Positions 37,339 through 47,478 of a DNA stretch of 64,000 nt are shown here, piece by piece. The position numbers and the translations under genes were made by a program. Origin of the DNA: an uncultured Solirubrobacterales bacterium (GTDB taxonomy: Bacteria; Actinomycetota; Thermoleophilia; Solirubrobacterales; Solirubrobacteraceae); assembly GCA_963759695.1 (NCBI GenBank), contig CAVXAO010000001.1:16259-80258 (forward strand), written 5' to 3'. The notes beneath the pieces are model-generated. The model had not been told where the DNA came from, made no database searches, and was given only the letters and a program-made list of their open reading frames with translations. Numbering within the stretch: position 1 is the stretch's first letter; each line of letters opens with the position of its first letter.

Positions 37339-38319
37339 ATGCGCACTCCGGCCGAATGGGAACCCCACGAGCGGACGGTGATGGGCTGGCCGTGCCGGCT
37401 GGAGTTGTGGGGCGAGACGATCGAGCAGGCGCGAGCAGGCTACGCCGCGGTCGCGAATGCGGTCGCCGCGTTCGAACCGGTGACGATGATCGCCAACCCC
37501 GGCGAGGATCCCGCCCGGGCGCGCGCCGCGTGTGGAGAGGGCGTCGAGATCGTCGAGTTGCCGCTCGACGACTCGTGGCTGCGGGACTCCGGGCCGATCT
37601 ACGTCTACGGCGACGACGGCCGGCGCGTCGCCGTCCACTTCCAGTTCAACGCGTGGGGAGGGAAATTCCCGCCCTGGGACCGCGATGCCGCCGTCGGCGG
37701 CCTGATCGCGACGCAGCTCGGCGACGAGGTGCTGCCGGCGCCGATCGTCCTCGAGGGCGGCTCGATCCTGACCGATGGTTCCGGGACGCTGCTCACCACC
37801 GAGCAGTGCCTCCTGAACCCGAACCGCAATCCGTCGCTCTCGCGCGAGGAGATCGAGCAGGCGCTCCGGGATCACCTCGGCGTGCAGCGGATCGTCTGGC
37901 TCGGACAGGGACTCGTCGAGGACCGCGACACCGACGGCCACGTCGACCTGATCGCCTCATTCGTCGCACCCGGCCAGGTGCTGCTGCAGACGGTCGGTCC
38001 GGACAATCCGAACTACGAGAACTGCCAGGAGAACAGCGCCCGCCTCCGCGACGCAGGGATCGACGTCGTCGAGCTCCCGTTTTTGGCCTACGAGACGGTC
38101 GCGGGCGAGGCGATCGCCGCCAGCTACCTGAACTTCTACGTGTGCAACGGCGCCGTGATCGTCCCGGTCACGGGCGCTCCGACCGACGCCGAGGCGTTGT
38201 CGGTGATCGATCGGGCCTACCCTGATCGGGAGGTCGTCCCGGTTCCGGGAGCCGTGCTCGCCTACGGTGGCGGCGGCCCCCATTGCATAACCCAACAAGT
38301 CCCGATCAAACATGGCTGA
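37339..38319 (+). CDS. aguA: Agmatine deiminase
   Basis: Trimmed to ATG 37339: MRTPAEWEPHERTVMGWP.... C-terminal ...AYGGGGPHCITQQVP contains the catalytic-Cys motif of agmatine deiminases. Confidence 0.85.
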   Translation: MRTPAEWEPHERTVMGWPCRLELWGETIEQARAGYAAVANAVAAFEPVTMIANPGEDPARARAACGEGVEIVELPLDDSWLRDSGPIYVYGDDGRRVAVHFQFNAWGGKFPPWDRDAAVGGLIATQLGDEVLPAPIVLEGGSILTDGSGTLLTTEQCLLNPNRNPSLSREEIEQALRDHLGVQRIVWLGQGLVEDRDTDGHVDLIASFVAPGQVLLQTVGPDNPNYENCQENSARLRDAGIDVVELPFLAYETVAGEAIAASYLNFYVCNGAVIVPVTGAPTDAEALSVIDRAYPDREVVPVPGAVLAYGGGGPHCITQQVPIKHG

Positions 38320-39274
38320 CGAACTACAACTGCTCACCGCCTATCCACCGCTCCCCTCGCCGGCGCGGACCCAACCGGCTTCTCGGCCACCGCTCCGCGC
38401 GGGGCTGGTCCAAGAGCGCTGGCACCCCGATCCCGAGGAGCACGAGGCGGCGCTCGCCGCGGGAATCCGGATGGCCGCCGCGGAGGGCGCGCGGATCGTC
38501 TGCCTGCAGGAGCTGACGTTGTCGAGCTACTTCGCGGTGACGCCCGACGGCCCGGCGGCGGCGGGGGCCACGCCCGAGGACCTCGAGACCGGGCGCACCG
38601 TCACGTTCGCGCGCCGGCTCGCCGCCGAGACCGGGGCCCATGTGCACGCGTCGCTGTACGAGCGCGCGGACGGGCGGGACGGGCTCGGCTACAACACGGC
38701 GATCGTCGTCGCACCGGATGGGCGAATCGTGTCCCGGACGCGCAAGCTGCACATCCCGGTCACCGCCGGCTACTACGAGGACCGCTACTTCCGGCCCGGA
38801 CCCGCCGACGGCGATCCGTTTCCGTTGACCGTCCTCGAGACCGACGCCGGCGAGGCCCAGCTCGGCTGCCCGACGTGTTGGGACCAGTGGTTTCCGGAGC
38901 TCGCGCGCGGCTACTCGCTCGCCGGCGCCGAGGTGCTGATCTATCCGACGGCGATCGGCTCGGAGCCCGACCACCCCGAGTTCGACACCGAGCCGCTGTG
39001 GCAGCAGGTGATCGTCGCCAGCGGGATCGCGAACGGCACGTTCATGATCGCGATCAACCGGATCGGCTTCGAGGACCCGTTGACGTTCTACGGATCGAGC
39101 TTCATCTCCGACCCCTACGGCCGGGTCCTGGTCCAGGCGCCCCGCGATCGGCCGACCGTGCTCGTGGCCGACCTCGACCTCGACCAGCGCCGAGATTGGC
39201 TCGAATTGTTTCCGTTTCTGCGCACTCGGCGACCAGAAGCTTACGGTCGACTTGTGGAAAGTCTGCAAAATTAG
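38312..39274 (+). CDS. aguB: N-carbamoylputrescine amidase (nitrilase/CN-hydrolase superfamily)
   Basis: ORF track, 320 aa. ...IVCLQELT...CWDQWFPELAR...IYPTAIGSEP.... Overlaps aguA by 8 nt. Confidence 0.8.
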   Translation: MADELQLLTAYPPLPSPARTQPASRPPLRAGLVQERWHPDPEEHEAALAAGIRMAAAEGARIVCLQELTLSSYFAVTPDGPAAAGATPEDLETGRTVTFARRLAAETGAHVHASLYERADGRDGLGYNTAIVVAPDGRIVSRTRKLHIPVTAGYYEDRYFRPGPADGDPFPLTVLETDAGEAQLGCPTCWDQWFPELARGYSLAGAEVLIYPTAIGSEPDHPEFDTEPLWQQVIVASGIANGTFMIAINRIGFEDPLTFYGSSFISDPYGRVLVQAPRDRPTVLVADLDLDQRRDWLELFPFLRTRRPEAYGRLVESLQN

Positions 39275-39295
39275 TGCATTGGTAGACGTGGGGTT

Positions 39296-40696
39296 TTGAA
39301 CCGTCATCTTTCCCGTCGGCCGATGAGCGAAGCGAAGGGGACAGATAAGGGGGTGGGGGCCCGGACTGAGCTTGAGCTGCGCCGCCTCGCGTACCGCGAT
39401 CACCTCACGGGGATGCCAAACCGGATCGCGATGGCGGACCGGATCGAGGCGGCAGTGGCGCGCAGCCGGCGGGAAGCCCGCAGCGCTGCGCTGCTGGTGA
39501 TCGACATCGACTCCTTCAAGCGCGTCAACAACACCCTCGGGCACGCGGCGGGCGACGAGCTGCTGGCGCTCGTCGCGAACCGGCTGCGCTCGCTCGGCCA
39601 GTCCCATGTAGAGGCGGGACGCCACGGCGGCGATGAGTTCCTGCTGCTCGTCGACGACCTCCCGCACGACCCAGCCGGCGCTAAGCGGGCCACCGAGGAG
39701 ATCGGCCGGCGGGCCCTGGCCGCGCTCCAGGAGCCGTTCACCGTGGAGCGCTGCTCGTTCGAGATCAGCGTTTCGCTGGGAGCCAGCATCTTCCCGCTCG
39801 ACGCCGCGAGTCATCACGAGCTCGTCGACCACGCCGACCAGGCGATGTTCCTGGCCAAACGCCACGGCCGTGGGCAGCTGGCGCTGTTCGACCAGCCCGG
39901 CAGCCACTCGGTGCTCGAGCTCGAGTCGACGCTGCGAACGCGGCGCGCGCTGTCGAAGGGCGAGCTGGAGCTGTTCTACCAACCGGTCGTGGACATCGCC
40001 GACGGCCACCGGCTGTACGCGCTCGAGGCCCTGCTGCGATGGCGCGATCCCGATCGCGGCCTACTGCTTCCCGGGGCGTTTCTGCCGTTCGTGGAGCAGA
40101 CCTCACTGGTCGTGGAGATCGCCGAATGGGTGTTCACCGAGGTCTGCCGGCAGACCGCCGAGTGGGGCAGCCGTGGGTTCAAGCCGAAGGTCAGCTTCAA
40201 CATTCCGGCGCGTCAGCTCCAGCGCGCCGACTTCGCCGCGTTCGTGATCGAGACCGCGAAGCGATACGACGCGGACCTGGCGCGGTTCGTCGCGGAGATC
40301 ACCGAGACGAGCCCGATTTCCCTCGAGGAGGTGACGCCAACGCTCGACGCCCTGCGCCAAGCCGGCTGCGTCCTCTCGCTCGACGATTTCGGCACCGGCT
40401 ACAGCTCGCTGTCGCGGCTGCGCTCGATGCCCTTCACGGTGCTGAAAACGGACCGCAGCTTCATGCACGGGATCCCGGGCGATTCGGTCGCGGAGGAGCT
40501 GCTGGAAGGCATCATCGCGCTCGGAAAGGCGCTCCGGATGAGCGTGATCGTCGAGGGGGTCGAGAACGAGGGTCAGGAGCGCGAGCTGCTCCGGCTCGGT
40601 TGCCGGATGGCGCAGGGCTACTACCTGGGGATGCCGGCGCCGGCCGCCGGGATCGAGGCCCGCTGGGGCGCGATCAGGGCGTCAGGTGTCCAGTGA
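39296..40696 (+). CDS. GGDEF-EAL protein (diguanylate cyclase/phosphodiesterase) with no recognisable sensor domain; start uncertain (TTG 39296 or ATG 39323)
   Basis: ORF track, 466 aa. ...HLTGMPNRIAM...GRHGGDEFLLLV...ELFYQPVV...YALEALLRW...DDFGTGYSSLSRL.... Confidence 0.85.
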   Translation: MNRHLSRRPMSEAKGTDKGVGARTELELRRLAYRDHLTGMPNRIAMADRIEAAVARSRREARSAALLVIDIDSFKRVNNTLGHAAGDELLALVANRLRSLGQSHVEAGRHGGDEFLLLVDDLPHDPAGAKRATEEIGRRALAALQEPFTVERCSFEISVSLGASIFPLDAASHHELVDHADQAMFLAKRHGRGQLALFDQPGSHSVLELESTLRTRRALSKGELELFYQPVVDIADGHRLYALEALLRWRDPDRGLLLPGAFLPFVEQTSLVVEIAEWVFTEVCRQTAEWGSRGFKPKVSFNIPARQLQRADFAAFVIETAKRYDADLARFVAEITETSPISLEEVTPTLDALRQAGCVLSLDDFGTGYSSLSRLRSMPFTVLKTDRSFMHGIPGDSVAEELLEGIIALGKALRMSVIVEGVENEGQERELLRLGCRMAQGYYLGMPAPAAGIEARWGAIRASGVQ

Positions 40697-40698
40697 GC

Positions 40699-41544
40699 TC
40701 AGGCCTGCGAGGCGCGGGCGCGCGCCTCGAGGTCCGCGAGGTTCAGGAGGTGCGCCGGCGGCTCGTCGACGACGGTTCGCCGCGCTACCTCGAGCGCCGG
40801 CGTGACGTGGACGAGCTCGCCTGAGCTCAGCGCCCTCCAGCCCGAGTCCTGATCGAGCAGCTCCGTCGCGACCACGACGGTGTCGCGCTCGGCGGCGTGG
40901 TCGGAATGAATCTGCGTGCCATGGCTGGAGACCTGGTGGAGCGGCTCACCGGCCGGTCGCTCGAGCAGGTGGAGCTCGTGCACGTCCGGGTACCTCAGCG
41001 CCCACAGATCGTCCCGCTCGATCATCACGAAGTTGAGCGACAGGAGCGGGAGGTTCGCCGCGACCCACCTGATCGCGGCGGTGATCCCGGCTTCGACATC
41101 GCCGTCGTGGTTGTCGATCTCGGTGGTGATCAGGGCGAACAGCCGCTCCGAGTCGGTGTCGCCCTGAACGAGGTCCATCCCCTCGCCGATCCGTCGCTCC
41201 AGGGTCGGCAGGTCCTGGACGACGCCGTTGTGGGCGAACACCCGTCCGTGCTGCTCGAACGGGTGGGTGTTGCGAAGCTCGAGCGCGCCCGTGGAGGCGA
41301 AGCGAATATGAGAGACGAACGTCGCGGACTCGATGCTCCTCGCCTCGCGCGCGAACGCTCTGTCGTCGAACGCGGCCAGCGGCTGCTTGTCGATCCGGGG
41401 ATGGCCCCTCGCGTCGAAGTAGCCGATCCCCGTGCCGTCGGGCTCGCGGTGGCTCTGCGCGCGCAGCGAGTCGGGGGCGTCGAGCAGCCAGAACGTGGCG
41501 GTCACCCGCTGATCCCCGGCGCTCAGACCGAACAGACGGCACAC
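40699..41544 (-). CDS. Class II (Ntn-type) glutamine amidotransferase, YafJ-like
   Basis: Trimmed to GTG 41544 so that Cys is residue 2: VCRLFGLSAGDQRVTATFWLLDAPDSL...HIRFASTG...NTHPF...FAHNG.... Confidence 0.75.
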   Translation of the reverse strand: MCRLFGLSAGDQRVTATFWLLDAPDSLRAQSHREPDGTGIGYFDARGHPRIDKQPLAAFDDRAFAREARSIESATFVSHIRFASTGALELRNTHPFEQHGRVFAHNGVVQDLPTLERRIGEGMDLVQGDTDSERLFALITTEIDNHDGDVEAGITAAIRWVAANLPLLSLNFVMIERDDLWALRYPDVHELHLLERPAGEPLHQVSSHGTQIHSDHAAERDTVVVATELLDQDSGWRALSSGELVHVTPALEVARRTVVDEPPAHLLNLADLEARARASQA

Positions 41545-41623
41545 ACCCCGTACGTTAAGCGATCTGGGGCCTTCGATGTTCGCGCGCGTTCGGGGCGGGT
41601 ACGATCTGTCCGTGTGGTCGAGG

Positions 41624-42019
41624 ATGGCTGAGCGTCGCGGGCGCAGGCGGGCGCAGGCGTTGAGCCGGGCGATCGCGGAGCTGCCGACCGAGACGCGCCG
41701 GGCAATGCTCGACGCAGCCGAGACAGAGGAGCTGATCATCGGCGCCTACACCGATCGGCGCGGCCGGATGTGCCCGATGCTGGCGGCGCACCGCCGCGGC
41801 GGCCGGGCGCAGGTTGGGACCTTCCCGCGCGCATGGGACTCGTTCGGGCGCGCGCATCGGCCACGGCCGGCGACCGAGCGCGAGCTGGAGATCCTGAAGG
41901 CGCTCCTCCAGGAAAGCCTTGCCGGGGGTACGGCGGGTCGGGACAGCTCGACAGGGGCGGGCGCCGGCGCTGCTGCGAAGCAGCCGCTGTCCGCCGCGGG
42001 CAGCGGGCAGGTGCACTAG
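41624..42019 (+). CDS. Hypothetical protein
   Basis: The track ORF 41576-42019 was trimmed to ATG 41624 (MAERRGRRRAQALSRAIAELPTE...). GC3-rich; no family recognised. Confidence 0.45.
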   Translation: MAERRGRRRAQALSRAIAELPTETRRAMLDAAETEELIIGAYTDRRGRMCPMLAAHRRGGRAQVGTFPRAWDSFGRAHRPRPATERELEILKALLQESLAGGTAGRDSSTGAGAGAAAKQPLSAAGSGQVH

Positions 42020-42028
42020 GCGGGCACC

Positions 42029-42346
42029 GTGGCGCTTGCCGTGGCGTTCGTCTGGCTGCTGGCGCTGATGATCGCCCCGCTCGCGCTCTGGCACAACGTC
42101 CTCGCCAGCATCCTCGCCTCGTTCCACTGGAACTTCACCTACGTGGCCAGCGAGCTCAGCCCGTGGCTGCTTCTGGCCGCCGGAGTGGCGTTCCTGGTCC
42201 CAGTGGCGATCTCCACGGGCCGGAGCCCCGAGAGCCGTCTCTATCCGCGGGCGCGGCGAGCGTACATCGCGTGGGGAACGTCCGTCTACCTGCTGGGCGT
42301 GATCCTCGCCGTCGAGGTCGCCGCCGTGTGGCGCTACCAGCACTAG
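42029..42346 (+). CDS. Small integral membrane protein (3 predicted TM helices)
   Basis: ORF track, 105 aa: MALAVAFVWLLALMIAPLALW...PWLLLAAGVAFLVPVAI...VYLLGVILAVEVAAV.... Confidence 0.55.
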   Translation: MALAVAFVWLLALMIAPLALWHNVLASILASFHWNFTYVASELSPWLLLAAGVAFLVPVAISTGRSPESRLYPRARRAYIAWGTSVYLLGVILAVEVAAVWRYQH

Positions 42347-42364
42347 ATCTGACGAACCGCTCTC

Positions 42365-42639
42365 GCGGGTGTGGCGGGCGTTGGGGGAGTTGGGGGCGCT
42401 CGTGCGGGTCTTCTTTGTGACTTTGTGACAGGAGCGTGTCGAGAGGGTCACGGGGGTGGTGCATAGCGCGTCAATACCGGCGCCAGATCCGAGCCCTGTC
42501 GTATTGAGCACACTCTTCGTGCATAGCTCGTCAGGGCCCGCCATCTGGCGCAAGGTTGGCGTGTTGTGCACCATCGGAAGGCCGCGATCGCCCGCGCCTG
42601 TGGTTGGTCCCAGCGCCGTTTTACCGGGCCGCCCGCCAA
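42365..42639 (-). repeat. MITE-like dispersed repeat, copy B (inverted orientation, one terminal repeat, truncated at the other end)
   Basis: The reverse complement aligns with copies A and C. Terminal repeat: CCCAGCGCCGTTTTACCGGGCCGCCCGCCAA at 42609-42639. Core: ...GATGGTGCACAACACGCC...GCACGAAGAGTGTGCTCAATACGACAGGGCTCGGATCTGGCGCC.... Confidence 0.75.
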
Positions 42640-42696
42640 GCAGGGCCGCGGGCGCCAAAAACAGCGCCCGCGGGCTGAGCTACCACAGCCTCGGAC

Positions 42697-43314
42697 CTAG
42701 AAGTCCGATCCGCTCGCGGCGCCACCGCTGGCGATCGGGAGCGCGTAGTAGACGGCGATCGCCGTGCAGATCGCGAGTGACGCGTATGCGGAGAAGATCG
42801 CAACGACGACCGCGACGACGTAGGGCCCGACGCCACGCAGCGACCGGCGCAGAATCTCTTTCCGGCGGTCCTCCGCCAGCTCCGACGTGAGCATGTGCGG
42901 CTTGTGCAGGAGGATGTGGCGCTGGAGGATCGTGAAGAACACCGCCATCACGGTGAACGCGCCGGCGTACACCCCGGCCGCGAGGTGCTGGCCCCGGCTC
43001 TCCTTCAGGTACGCCGCCATCAGCGAGGTTGCGAACGGCAGGATCGCGATGCTCATCAGCAGCAACAGGTTGAGTCCCAGGATCGCGCGATCGGCCACCC
43101 GCAGCCGGCCGATCATCGCGTGGTGGTTGATCCAGATGATCCCGATCGTGAGGAACGACGTGACGTACGCCGCGTAGTGCGGCCATTGGTGCAGGAGCGC
43201 GTGGGCCAGCGTTTCGTTCGCCTTGACAGGCGGGACGCCGATGTCGAGGACGAGCAGCGTGATCGCGACCGCGAGAACGCCGTCGGAGAACGCTTCGAGC
43301 CGGTTCGTGCTCAC
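42697..43314 (-). CDS. TMEM175/DUF1211-family membrane protein (putative K+ channel)
   Basis: Trimmed to GTG 43314 (GTGA overlap with the upstream stop): VSTNRLEAFSDGVLAVAITLLVLD...FLTIGIIWINHH.... Confidence 0.75.
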   Translation of the reverse strand: MSTNRLEAFSDGVLAVAITLLVLDIGVPPVKANETLAHALLHQWPHYAAYVTSFLTIGIIWINHHAMIGRLRVADRAILGLNLLLLMSIAILPFATSLMAAYLKESRGQHLAAGVYAGAFTVMAVFFTILQRHILLHKPHMLTSELAEDRRKEILRRSLRGVGPYVVAVVVAIFSAYASLAICTAIAVYYALPIASGGAASGSDF

Positions 43315-44231
43315 GTGATGGGATTCGGCGGCGCGGTGGCTGGTCCTTGCAGGAGGACGACGCCACAGCCCGCGGATCCCAGCCGGTCGGCGACCGCGTC
43401 GCGATGGGCCTCGTCGCGGCAGACGGCGACGATCGCGCCTCCCGAGCCGGTGTAGTTCGCGGCGGCCCCCGCGGCGCGGGCGACCGACACCATCTCGACG
43501 TGGCGAGGGTCGAGGGCGATCATCCGCTGCCGGGCGTCGAACGTGGCGTCGACGCTCCGGCGGACGCCGGCGTGGTCGGCGGCGAGCAGCGCCGCGCGGG
43601 CGTCGTGGGCCGCCGCGGCGGCGCGGGCGAGCTCGGCGACGACGGCGGCATCGTCGCGCGCAAAGCGCGCCCGGAGATCGGAGTGCAGCGGCCCCGAGTC
43701 GGTAGCCGTTTCGGCGCGCCAGGCCACGACCAGGGGCGGCAGCAGGAATGGATCGAGGGGGTCGTAGCGGCCGGGGCCGGCGAAGTCCATGAACGTGAGC
43801 CCTCCGTAGGCCTGGGCGACCCGGTCCTGGGGTCCGGCCGCGATCCCGAGCTCCTCGGTCTCGACGGCGAGCGCCAACGCGGCGAGTTCGTCGACGGGCA
43901 GGGAGACGCCGTGCAGCTGGCACACGGCGCGGATGGTCGCGATCACGATCGCGCTCGACCCGCCGAGGCCGAGTCCGCGCGGGATCGACGTGTGCCACGA
44001 CACGGCGGACGGCCGGCGGCGCGGGAGGAGCTCGCGCTCGAGCCGCGCCACGGTCGCCGACACGAGCTCGCTGGGCGGGCTCACTGCGCTCGTCGACGCC
44101 GGCGTGGCCACGGCCTCGGCGCGCAACTCGGGCAGCGTCACCGCGAGCACCGCGCCGCCGTAGCCGTCCGAGGGGTTGCCCGCCAGCGCCGCGCGGGCGG
44201 CCGCGGAGCCGTGGCCGGCGCTAGCGCTCAT
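43311..44231 (-). CDS. GHMP-family sugar kinase-like protein
   Basis: ORF track, 306 aa. ...IPRGLGLGGSSAIVIATIRAV... (GHMP motif II-like). Overlaps galU by 11 nt. Confidence 0.65.
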   Translation of the reverse strand: MSASAGHGSAAARAALAGNPSDGYGGAVLAVTLPELRAEAVATPASTSAVSPPSELVSATVARLERELLPRRRPSAVSWHTSIPRGLGLGGSSAIVIATIRAVCQLHGVSLPVDELAALALAVETEELGIAAGPQDRVAQAYGGLTFMDFAGPGRYDPLDPFLLPPLVVAWRAETATDSGPLHSDLRARFARDDAAVVAELARAAAAAHDARAALLAADHAGVRRSVDATFDARQRMIALDPRHVEMVSVARAAGAAANYTGSGGAIVAVCRDEAHRDAVADRLGSAGCGVVLLQGPATAPPNPIT

Positions 44232-45084
44232 CGATGAGCCCAGCGACCTTGGCCCTGAGTGCCGGGCCGAGGCGCGGGTGTGCGAGCGCGTGCTCGAGGA
44301 AGGTGGCGCAGTAGCTCTCGACCGAGCCGACGTCGTGCCGGCGCTCGCCGTCGCCCAGCGGCACCGCGATCAGGCGCCCGCCCGACTCCAGCACACGCTC
44401 GAGCGCGGAGGTCAGCTGTACCTCGCCGGACCGATCGGGCCGCGTCTCTCTGAGGGCCTCGAACACCGCCGGCCCGAGTACGTAACGGCCCATGATCGCC
44501 GTGCGGCTTGCGACGGCGGCGGGGTCGGGCTTCTCGACGACCGCCTCGAGCTCGAACGGGTCGCGCCCCGCGCCGGGCGAACCGACCGCGATTCCGTAGC
44601 GCGACACGGCCTCCTCGGGAACCTCCGCGACCGCGAGCGCCGCCGCCGGGCGATCGCGCTCGTAGGCCTCGATCAGCCGCGGAACGATCCCCGGCGCGGC
44701 TGCCGGCGGAGTGTCGATGATCGCGTCGCCCAACGCCACGACGGTGCCGCCGCCAGACGCGAACGCCTGCCCGTAGCGAACCGCGTCGCCGAGGCCGGCC
44801 GGCCGCGCCTGGCGCGTGTAGAAGATCTGCAATCCGGTCCGAGGGTCGATCAGCGGCTCCACATCGAGCTCAGGATCGGCATCGAAGTGATCCTCGATCG
44901 CGCGCTTGCGCCGCCCCGTGACGAACAGCAGCCGGGCGATCCCGGCGCGAACGAGCTCCTCGACGACGTACTGGACCACCGGTTTGTCGACGACCGGCAG
45001 CATCTCCTTCGGCTGCGAGCGGGTCGCCGGCAGCAGGCGCGTGCCCAAGCCCGCGACGGGGACCACCGCGTCGGTTATCGCCAC
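44221..45084 (-). CDS. galU: UTP--glucose-1-phosphate uridylyltransferase
   Basis: ORF track, 287 aa: MAITDAVVPVAGLGTRLLPATRSQPKEMLPVVDKPVVQYVVEE.... Confidence 0.8.
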   Translation of the reverse strand: MAITDAVVPVAGLGTRLLPATRSQPKEMLPVVDKPVVQYVVEELVRAGIARLLFVTGRRKRAIEDHFDADPELDVEPLIDPRTGLQIFYTRQARPAGLGDAVRYGQAFASGGGTVVALGDAIIDTPPAAAPGIVPRLIEAYERDRPAAALAVAEVPEEAVSRYGIAVGSPGAGRDPFELEAVVEKPDPAAVASRTAIMGRYVLGPAVFEALRETRPDRSGEVQLTSALERVLESGGRLIAVPLGDGERRHDVGSVESYCATFLEHALAHPRLGPALRAKVAGLIDER

Positions 45085-45094
45085 GCGCGGGAAG

Positions 45095-47365
45095 CTACGC
45101 GACTCTGCGGTCAGATGCCGATCGAGACATGCTGAGCGCGAGCCGGTAGCCGATGGCCAAGCGCTCGAGCGCGTCGTCCCAGGTCTTCCCGCGCACCGCG
45201 TCCAGCGCCGCGTGTGTGAGGCGCTCGCGTAGGACCGGCCTCTGGACCAGACCGACGAGGGCGTCAGCGAGCGCTTCGACGTCGGCCGGGACGAGCAGGC
45301 CGGTCTCTCCGTGCTCGATCAGCGACGTGGGGCCGCCCTCGGCGACCGCGACGACCGGCAGGCCGCTCGCCTGCGCTTCGAGTATCACCTGCCCGAACGT
45401 GTCCGTGCGGCTGGCGAACAGGAACAGGTCGGCGCTCGCGTAGGCTCGGGCGAGTTCGTCGGCCGTGAGCCAACCCAGGAAGGTGGCAGCGTCGCCGAGC
45501 CGCTCGCGCAGCGCGTCCTCCTCGGGTCCGCCACCCGCGAGCACGAGGTGCAGGCGCGGGTCTCGCCACCGGGCCTGCAGGAAGGATTCGGCCAGCAGGT
45601 CGACTCCCTTCTCCTTGGTCAGCCGGCCGGCGTACATGACGGTGATCTCTCCGGGGAGCAGCCCCGGCGAGCGGAGCGCAGGGTCGAAGCGCCGGAGATC
45701 GACGCCGCGATCCCAACGGGCGATCCGGTCGCGCGCGACGCCGAGCTCGGTGAGTCGATCGTCGCTGGCGGGACTCGGCGAGAGGACGACGTCACACGCG
45801 CCGTAGAACGCTCCGAGGGCCATCCGAGCGAGCGCCTCGAGCTGGCCGCGGCCGGTCCGCAGCCCGGCGTATGCCGCCAGCTCGGTGTGGTAGCTGCCGA
45901 CGAGGGGCAGCTCGAGCACGCGCCCGAGGAGCCACGCCTCGATCCCGGCGGGACCGGGGGAGCACAGATGGACGAGGTCGTAGCGACCGTCTGAGAGGGT
46001 GTCCACGATCGCCGGCAGGCTCGGGACGCCGATCTGAAGGCCCCGGTAGAAGGGGATGTCCAGCTCCGCGACGGCACTGAGGCGCCGGTCGACGTCGGCG
46101 TCGGTGCCGATCACTTCGACGTCGAAGCCGGGCACGCCCCGGTCGCGGATCTGCCGGAGCGTGTGGGTGACGCCGTGCATGCCGCCGACGCCGTCGGCGA
46201 TCAGCGCGACGCGCGGGCGGTCGGCGTCGCTGCGGGTGAGCTTCGCCTTCTCGCGTCCGAGGAACGCGGTCGCCGCGGCGTACGGGATCGCAGGAACGCA
46301 GGAGTCGAAAAGGGTCAGCGCCGCCCGTGGGACGTTCAGCTCGGCGTCGGCCTGTGCCATCGCCACGACCTCGCCGACCGCGGCGGCGAGCTTGCGCTCG
46401 TGGATGCGGCGGGCCCGGCGATAGAGGTCGGCATGGCTGAGCTCACCGTCCTGAAGCAGGCCGAGCAGGCCCGTTTCGCTGACCTCGAAGTCCATCGACA
46501 CCAGCCAGGCCCGCAGCAGCGCCAGGGCGTCCTCCGGCCCGAGGTCGCCACCGACCATTCCGTGGCGGACGTCGCCTTCGCACATCACCCGTTCCACGAT
46601 CTTCAGGACCGCGGCGGGATCGGGTCGCGCTGCGCCCTCCCCGTTCCCCAGCGACCTGATCGCCAGCGCCATGGCGGCGTGGGTCCACTTGGCGGCGCTT
46701 CCCTGCGCTCCATGGGCCTCGGCCCTGCCCGCGCGCACGTGGGCGAGGAACTCCTCGGGCGTGTCCGCCCGCGGGGTCTCCGTGAACGTGCGCCCGATAT
46801 CGATTCCGGCGTGATCGTCCGAGCCCCCGATCGCTGTTCCCCCGTGGGTCTCGATGTAGACGAACGCCGGCAGGTTGAGCTCCTTGGCGCGCGAGCCGTT
46901 CCGCGTCTCCCAGATCGGGAACAGCTGCGCAAGGCGGCGCCGATGGCGCGCCGTCAGTGGCGCCTCGACGGCATAGAAGGGGTGTGCCAGCGCCGCGGTG
47001 ATCTCGCGCGAGTGCAGGTACTCGGCGCAAGCTTCGACATCGCCACCGTGGGCTTGCAGCCAGTCGTGATCGTCCGGCGTGTGCCCGTAGCAGAGCACGT
47101 GCACAGCCTGCGGTTCGCCTCTGAACGACGCGGTCAACTCCTCGGAGATGAAGGTGTCCGGCAGGTGATCGATCAGCAGGGCGCCGCCGATCGTGTCGTG
47201 GTCGGTGATCGTTACGTAGTCCATCCCTCTGCGCTTGGCCAGTTCGTAGACCTCTTCTGGGGGTGTGGCGCACTCCGGCAGATGCAGGGAGCGCTGGATG
47301 CCAAGCTTCGACAGCTCCGAGGCCGTCGAGTGGACGTGCAGGTCGGCACGGCTTGTCTCGTTCAT
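45095..47365 (-). CDS. PHP-domain (phosphoesterase) / GT4 glycosyltransferase fusion protein
   Basis: Trimmed to ATG 47365: MNETSRADLHVHSTAS...YVTITDHDT...GGSDDHAG (PHP motifs). The C-terminal half is GT4-like: ...MYAGRLTKEKGVDLL...FLFASRTDTFGQVILEAQASGLPVVA.... Confidence 0.8.
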   Translation of the reverse strand: MNETSRADLHVHSTASELSKLGIQRSLHLPECATPPEEVYELAKRRGMDYVTITDHDTIGGALLIDHLPDTFISEELTASFRGEPQAVHVLCYGHTPDDHDWLQAHGGDVEACAEYLHSREITAALAHPFYAVEAPLTARHRRRLAQLFPIWETRNGSRAKELNLPAFVYIETHGGTAIGGSDDHAGIDIGRTFTETPRADTPEEFLAHVRAGRAEAHGAQGSAAKWTHAAMALAIRSLGNGEGAARPDPAAVLKIVERVMCEGDVRHGMVGGDLGPEDALALLRAWLVSMDFEVSETGLLGLLQDGELSHADLYRRARRIHERKLAAAVGEVVAMAQADAELNVPRAALTLFDSCVPAIPYAAATAFLGREKAKLTRSDADRPRVALIADGVGGMHGVTHTLRQIRDRGVPGFDVEVIGTDADVDRRLSAVAELDIPFYRGLQIGVPSLPAIVDTLSDGRYDLVHLCSPGPAGIEAWLLGRVLELPLVGSYHTELAAYAGLRTGRGQLEALARMALGAFYGACDVVLSPSPASDDRLTELGVARDRIARWDRGVDLRRFDPALRSPGLLPGEITVMYAGRLTKEKGVDLLAESFLQARWRDPRLHLVLAGGGPEEDALRERLGDAATFLGWLTADELARAYASADLFLFASRTDTFGQVILEAQASGLPVVAVAEGGPTSLIEHGETGLLVPADVEALADALVGLVQRPVLRERLTHAALDAVRGKTWDDALERLAIGYRLALSMSRSASDRRVA

Positions 47366-47478
47366 GACCTGGAGGATTGACCTGCAAAAGGGCCCAATCG
47401 TGAAGAACGAGCGCACCTGTTGTGACCATTCGGTGAACCGGTGCATGCACTCGGGCCAAAGTCGAGAATCATGGGGCC

